This document shows, piece after piece, positions 59,355-64,000 of a stretch of DNA of 64,000 nucleotides (within the stretch, counting starts at the first letter, position 1; each line of letters begins with the position of its first letter). The DNA lies in contig JBMOPW010000032.1 of assembly GCA_049322915.1 (NCBI GenBank), positions 178,496 through 242,495 on the forward strand. The letters run 5' to 3'. This DNA is from Candidatus Zhuqueibacterota bacterium (GTDB taxonomy: Bacteria; Zhuqueibacterota; Zhuqueibacteria; Thermofontimicrobiales; Thermofontimicrobiaceae). Made by a program: the position numbers and the translations under genes. The notes beneath the pieces were generated by a model. That model did no database searches. It worked only from the letters and a program-made list of their open reading frames with translations, and was not told the origin of the DNA.

Positions 59355-61034
59355 TCACCGGCAAAGGATAAGTTTTTCGACTTGCTGATGATTGGCGGAG
59401 TTGAATTTTACAAAGTAAACGCCGGCAGGTGCACGGTGACTGCCAGTGACCGCCGACCATGAAATGCGATTGACTTCTTGGGTCAGGTTCACAGTGGTTC
59501 GGTAGATGCGTTGCCCCAGCGAGTTGTAAATCTGGATCGTCACCGGGGAGTCGTGCCGCTTTTTGATAACAAAGACGACTTCGGCGCTGAATGGATTGGG
59601 GTATATCTTCTCGATATTGAATGACGGCTGATTTGCCGGAGGCGCTGCTTCGCGGTACAGGTACACCGTATAAAGCTCCGGATTGTCTTTGAAATAGACA
59701 TGAATTGGCTGGGTGAACCGGTCGATATTGCATGGGATTAATAGGATTTTCTGGTCGCGCTCAATCCTGCCCAAGTCGTAGGTCTGGCCGGGTGACATGC
59801 TGAATGTCCGGAGATGGGAGCTATCGTAGACGGCGCCGGCAAGTTTCCAGTGATGCGTGCTATCGGTGAGCATTCGCGCCGTGAACTCGCCCTCCGCACG
59901 AGGGTGGAAGAGATAGTAGCCGGCAGTCAAATGATAGCCCTGTCCCTGTTGCTCGCTGAAATAGTCAATCGATGTTTCATTTTCGAGGGCAATTTCCGGG
60001 TAATTCTCCCCTTGCGAATAGAACGCCGGTCGGGCGCGGTGACCGGTGAAATAGTTCCAGATTGAAAATTTTGTGAATTCATTTTCAAAATTGGAGCCGG
60101 CAGCCTGGAAAATCTCATTGGCAGCAGTCAGAGCAGAATAGTTCGGCATCAACTCCCATATCTGATGAATGGCATCCGCGCCGAACCGATCTTCGATATA
60201 AAAACCGAAAATACACGAGCCGTAAATATGTTTGAAAATTTTGGGCACCGTGAAAGAGACGCCATTTAACGGGATGTCCGGGTTGTCGAAAAAATAGTCC
60301 ATGTAATACAGGTAATTATCCAGTTCATCGAAAACCTGGTCTTCCATCCATACGGCGGTGAGTTCGAAAAAGAACGAATCCATTTTTCGGAACACATAAC
60401 CCAACTGGATGGCGTGAAAAAATTCGTGGGCGGCCGTCGACTTTATCGCGCCATCGCCGTGGATATGAAAATTCTGTCCGAGAAAATCGTTGTCAAACAG
60501 GATGTAACTCGAGACATTGGTCTGTTCCCAGGCGGTTGAATCCACATCCTCGGTCACAGTAATGCCAAAGCTGTTGTTCAGGTCAAGCACGTAAATATCG
60601 TATGAGACAGTTCCGTTTTTAAATGATGGCGGAAGCGGGTACTCCAATTGTTCAATTTCAACGGCGTAGCTTCTTTCAAACGCCTCCGCGATTTTGTCGA
60701 TGCGGTCCGGGATGAGATTATTATTGGAATCCACAGCAGCGACGGCGTTTTCTCCCTCCGTCGTGTAATGGACAGCGAAATGCCCCTGAGCGCTGACAAT
60801 GCTATCCGGCAATTGCGGTCGACCTGTAGTGCGGGACGCGACGGCAATATCAGCCGCGTCAGTCATGGGGAATTCGTAACAATTGCATTGGTGAAGCCCG
60901 CTGCTTTGTGTGTGCGATCCCGCGGATTGAGTTTCAAAGTCTCTGTGCGCTATGAACATGATGCAGAGGCCGCCGCAGCAACTCATCAAAAGCAGCGCGA
61001 CAATAACGCCGGTGATTATGTTACGTTTTGACAT
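59355..61034 (-). CDS. Secreted zinc metallopeptidase-like protein (MXAN_6640-like) with T9SS-type C-terminal domain
   Basis: HFAVHY, TAAHEFFHAIQ...E (HExxH), YPNPFS...GVYFV. Confidence 0.8.
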   Translation of the reverse strand: MSKRNIITGVIVALLLMSCCGGLCIMFIAHRDFETQSAGSHTQSSGLHQCNCYEFPMTDAADIAVASRTTGRPQLPDSIVSAQGHFAVHYTTEGENAVAAVDSNNNLIPDRIDKIAEAFERSYAVEIEQLEYPLPPSFKNGTVSYDIYVLDLNNSFGITVTEDVDSTAWEQTNVSSYILFDNDFLGQNFHIHGDGAIKSTAAHEFFHAIQLGYVFRKMDSFFFELTAVWMEDQVFDELDNYLYYMDYFFDNPDIPLNGVSFTVPKIFKHIYGSCIFGFYIEDRFGADAIHQIWELMPNYSALTAANEIFQAAGSNFENEFTKFSIWNYFTGHRARPAFYSQGENYPEIALENETSIDYFSEQQGQGYHLTAGYYLFHPRAEGEFTARMLTDSTHHWKLAGAVYDSSHLRTFSMSPGQTYDLGRIERDQKILLIPCNIDRFTQPIHVYFKDNPELYTVYLYREAAPPANQPSFNIEKIYPNPFSAEVVFVIKKRHDSPVTIQIYNSLGQRIYRTTVNLTQEVNRISWSAVTGSHRAPAGVYFVKFNSANHQQVEKLILCR

Positions 61035-61137
61035 GATAGCTCATTGTTGAAAAGAATGATAAAGTGAATCAAGTGTTACTCTCGTGATCGAAGCATCAGG
61101 CAGACAGGTTGCATACAGTTGGCCGGCGGAAGAAAAA

Positions 61138-61191
61138 GTAAAGATGCCACGCCTCTGGGCGATTCCATTCACCTGCAAGGCGCGGCATCTT
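61138..61191 (-). terminator. Intrinsic terminator
   Basis: AAGATGCCACGCCT / AGGCGCGGCATCTT stem; T tract on the minus strand. Confidence 0.65.
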
Positions 61192-61207
61192 ATTAATCAG
61201 TTAAGAT

Positions 61208-62071
61208 TTATAGAAAGGAATAGGTGAATCCCAATGCAATGGCTTGTTTGATTTGACGCTTCTTGGAAATGTCTTTATCATAGAACATTTTCAAGTTGAA
61301 ATTGAATGCGATATACTTGGAGACTTTTGTGGACAGCACATTATCCCAGTTCACATCGATCTCATCCAGAGCGCCCAGCGTCGAGAAAAGTTCAAGTTTG
61401 GAAGTGAGCAGCGAAGTTGACGTCATCTTCCAATTCAGGTCAGTCACGGATTCCGCGCCGACTTCATTTTTTGTTTTTTCGATTTCGACCGTCTCTGCAT
61501 CATCGGCGTAAGGGACGGGGTAATCGCTGGTAACAGTCTGTTTCAACGCGACGCCGAGACGGGTCTGAATCAAGTCACCGGGTTTGTAACCAATGCCAGC
61601 GCTTTCCCTGAAATAGGCGGGATCCATGAGCGCTGAGATTTGAGTCTTCGTGTCTTCGGCATAGGCGTAGCCGGCGGCGAATTGTGTTTCGCCAGTGGCC
61701 GCGACAAATGGATTGAGCAGTTTGCCTAACTTGTAGGTGTACACGCTTTCAAGCTTGATTTCGTCGATGGATTTCCGCGACTCCTGATCCCCGATTTTGG
61801 TCGCGCCGTAGGTGAATTTTCCCGAGTTGGCCCAGTTGGTCTTTTCCTGTTCATTGACGAATTTGAAATTCAGATTCAATTGCCAGGCAAATGAATTTTC
61901 ACCGCCTTGCGCCCAGTTATCGAAACTGGTCTGGGTCAGATTGATGCCTCCGACCATGTTTTTTTGCCAGCCATATTTCGGCGCCTCGGCCGGTTTGTCC
62001 TGGCTGATAAGAGTGGACGCTGTCATCAGCGGAAGCAGGAAGCTGAGTGAGACGATAGTCAATACTTTCAT
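61208..62071 (-). CDS. DUF3078-like outer membrane protein
   Basis: Signal peptide; NLTQTSFDNWAQGGE, TQFAAGY, C-terminal LGFTYSF. Confidence 0.8.
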   Translation of the reverse strand: MKVLTIVSLSFLLPLMTASTLISQDKPAEAPKYGWQKNMVGGINLTQTSFDNWAQGGENSFAWQLNLNFKFVNEQEKTNWANSGKFTYGATKIGDQESRKSIDEIKLESVYTYKLGKLLNPFVAATGETQFAAGYAYAEDTKTQISALMDPAYFRESAGIGYKPGDLIQTRLGVALKQTVTSDYPVPYADDAETVEIEKTKNEVGAESVTDLNWKMTSTSLLTSKLELFSTLGALDEIDVNWDNVLSTKVSKYIAFNFNLKMFYDKDISKKRQIKQAIALGFTYSFL

Positions 62072-62199
62072 AAAGTGATCCTTTCCAATCGAATGAAAAA
62101 ATAGTAAATAATGAAGCCATCTCATTGAAACTGGATAGGGCGACGGCTTTATTCAGAAATAATTATTGTCCAGATTCTTCTCGGTTAGATCAGTGATTG

Positions 62200-62616
62200 T
62201 TATTTCAAACTAACGCCACAGTGGGCGCAGCGCGTCGCTTTAATGGGAATGACCGAGAGACATTCCGGGCATTCTTTTGTCGTTGGCTCGACCGGAGCAA
62301 GTTCCTCTTTTTTCTTCAGTTGGTTCATCCCGCGGATGAGCAGGAAAATGGCAAACGCGACGATGATAAAATCTATAATGGTATTGATGAAAATGCCATA
62401 GCTGATGGTGACAGCGGGCGTTTCTCCAACGGCTTGTTTAAGTGTAAGAGCGAATCGGCTGAAATCTGCTTTGCCTAACAGTAAACCAATCGGTGGCATG
62501 ATAATGTCTTTCACCAGTGAACTTACGATTTTACCGAATGAGGCGCCAATGATAATGCCAACAGCCATATCAACGACATTGCCGCGCATTGCAAATGCTT
62601 TGAATTCTTTAAACAT
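62200..62616 (-). CDS. mscL: Large-conductance mechanosensitive channel with C-terminal CxxC...CxxC
   Basis: [31 protein letters not shown]...RCAHC. Confidence 0.95.
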   Translation of the reverse strand: MFKEFKAFAMRGNVVDMAVGIIIGASFGKIVSSLVKDIIMPPIGLLLGKADFSRFALTLKQAVGETPAVTISYGIFINTIIDFIIVAFAIFLLIRGMNQLKKKEELAPVEPTTKECPECLSVIPIKATRCAHCGVSLK

Positions 62617-62730
62617 AAATCCTCCCAAAATGTTTTAAACGGGTTAGTTAAATTTACACATATGCTTTATTAGAACGAATTAAAACGAGATTGAAAAAGA
62701 GATTTGTTGGAATAGTTATTTTATAGTGCA

Positions 62731-62762
62731 TAGAAAAAGGACTGTCCACATGACTGTCCCTT
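62731..62762 (-). terminator. Intrinsic terminator just downstream of the intron/attC
   Basis: Minus strand AAGGGACAGTC-ATGTG-GACAGTCCCTT followed by TTT. Confidence 0.6.
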
Positions 62763-62776
62763 ATTATATTTCAAAG

Positions 62777-63624
62777 GTCGGGTAGGTCGGGGGCATTGCT
62801 GCCCCTTTCCCCCCTAAGAACCGTACGTGACAGTTTCCCGTCATACGGCTCAAGCCTCTGAAAAGTATCCCTTGTGGGGATACCCACGAATTAATAATAA
62901 TTTGTTTCACGTTACATTCTGATATTCAGAATAGCCATAAGGTATGTAGAGTGCACCATCCCGACTCGTCGGGACGTCATTTGCTTTCTCTACTTTCATC
63001 TGATTACACCAGTATTCACGAGACCAGAGACCTGCTGAACGTCTGCCTCTTTACAGAGTCCCGATTCATCGGGATATCCCGACCATTACAGCCGGACATT
63101 CGCTTCTTTCAGCATCCTATTCCAATCCACCATCAGCTTGCCTTACGGTTAGCCTGCCCATCATAACAGGGCGATGGAATTGGGTTTCCACGTTCCGTAT
63201 AATTGACCCCAATGAGTAACTTAGGTGGATTCTCTACGCCGGCGATACGACAGTTCCGTATAGGTAGTTAGAAGACCTATAACCTGATCGCCTGTGTAAA
63301 CACAAGGAAACACAGCTTATACCTATTTCTGGTTTTAGCCAGAATTTAATCTCCGTAAGTATGATGCACCATTGACGACGCTTACAGACTTTCAATTGAT
63401 TTCACCATATTACTCAGACCTTAGCCCTTAACCGGAGGAGATTTCCGGATGGGTTTTCATCTCACGATGTCCGACCGTTTCGGTGCATTGTCCGGTGAGC
63501 TTCACACCCCGTCATCAGCGCAACGGTAGCATGTCACCGTAAGGTACTGATAGGAACATATCAGGTTTGTCTAAAGAACAATATCTCTTTAACAAACATT
63601 CAATTATACAGCCTCGTGTCGCAC
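62777..63624 (-). mobile_element. ORF-less group II intron (IIB/CL-like), 848 nt
   Basis: 5' GTGCGACACG; domain V GAGCCGTATGACGGGAAACTGTCACGTACGGTTC with AGC triad; domain VI ending ...CTACCCGAC; no RT ORF. Confidence 0.9.
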
Positions 63625-63749
63625 CATAACGCTGGTTTAACCTGTAAAACCGCTACACTAAAACTAATGCAACGCACAAGGTTTTTAATTTCATCAGTAA
63701 GCTTAATTTGAATCAAGGCGGTTTTGTCAGGTTGAAACTGATATTATCC
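63625..63749 (-). other. Integron attC-like recombination site interrupted by the intron
   Basis: Minus strand R'' GGATAAT (degenerate); arms TTTCAACCTGACAAAACCGC / GCGGTTTTACAGGTTAAA with two extrahelical bases; R' GTTATG|C restored by removing the intron. Confidence 0.7.
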
Positions 63750-63776
63750 CAGCATATTGTAAATAGATAAATTAAC

Positions 63777-64000
63777 CTATCGATTTATTACCTTTTGTAA
63801 TTTAGTATTTAAAAATTTCGCTAACTCATACCCGATACCTATACTAAAACCTAATATAGAACTAATTTTAAATTGTACTGGTTCAACGGGAATTGGAATT
63901 TTTGAAACATAGAATTAATTAGTCATAGCGGTACAACTTTTTTTGATGCTATCTGCCGAAATGCTCATTCCAGGAGTCAATGTTCGCTGATTGATCGATC
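63777..64000 (-). pseudogene. 3' end of a disrupted AT-rich cassette-like gene
   Basis: Frame ...KKSCTAMTN*FYVSKIPIP...KVINR* with an in-frame TAA at 63915-63917; ends 27 nt before attC. Confidence 0.35.

Noticed and set aside
62951..63166. 71-aa plus-strand ORF
   Set aside because: Antisense to the group II intron RNA, with no RT motifs

Overview
Bacterial chromosomal segment, mostly housekeeping genes. T9SS/FlgD-type C-terminal domains, lpxH and the ispE-spoVG-tRNA-Gln-prs-rplY-pth-rpsF-ssb-rpsR-rplI order suggest a diderm, FCB-related lineage such as KSB1/Calditrichota (inference). Other recognisable genes include ybeY, a corC-like gene, a galT-like gene, an ECF sigma/anti-sigma pair, an rpiB-deoC fusion, glmM, pdp, PBP1A, tsaD, a JAB-DinG helicase, ClC/Ktr ion transport, lon, a TonB receptor cluster and mscL. 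Five items stand out. (1) A tightly coupled four-gene operon (46.6-54.3 kb) encodes an active STAND-type ATPase, a catalytically degenerate STAND domain fused to a giant GAF/PAS histidine kinase, a stand-alone receiver and a 2-TM channel-like protein. (2) An 848-nt ORF-less group II intron sits in the R' core of an integron attC-like site, and its putative EBS1 loop is complementary to the attC core consensus. (3) Two near-identical 161-bp MITEs are present, one nested in a 472-bp IS66-like miniature element. (4) A stand-alone small zinc-ribbon gene is enclosed by a long-range inverted repeat. (5) The RpiB-DeoC fusion carries a microcompartment encapsulation-peptide-like linker. All calls are from motif reading by eye; no database searches were run.
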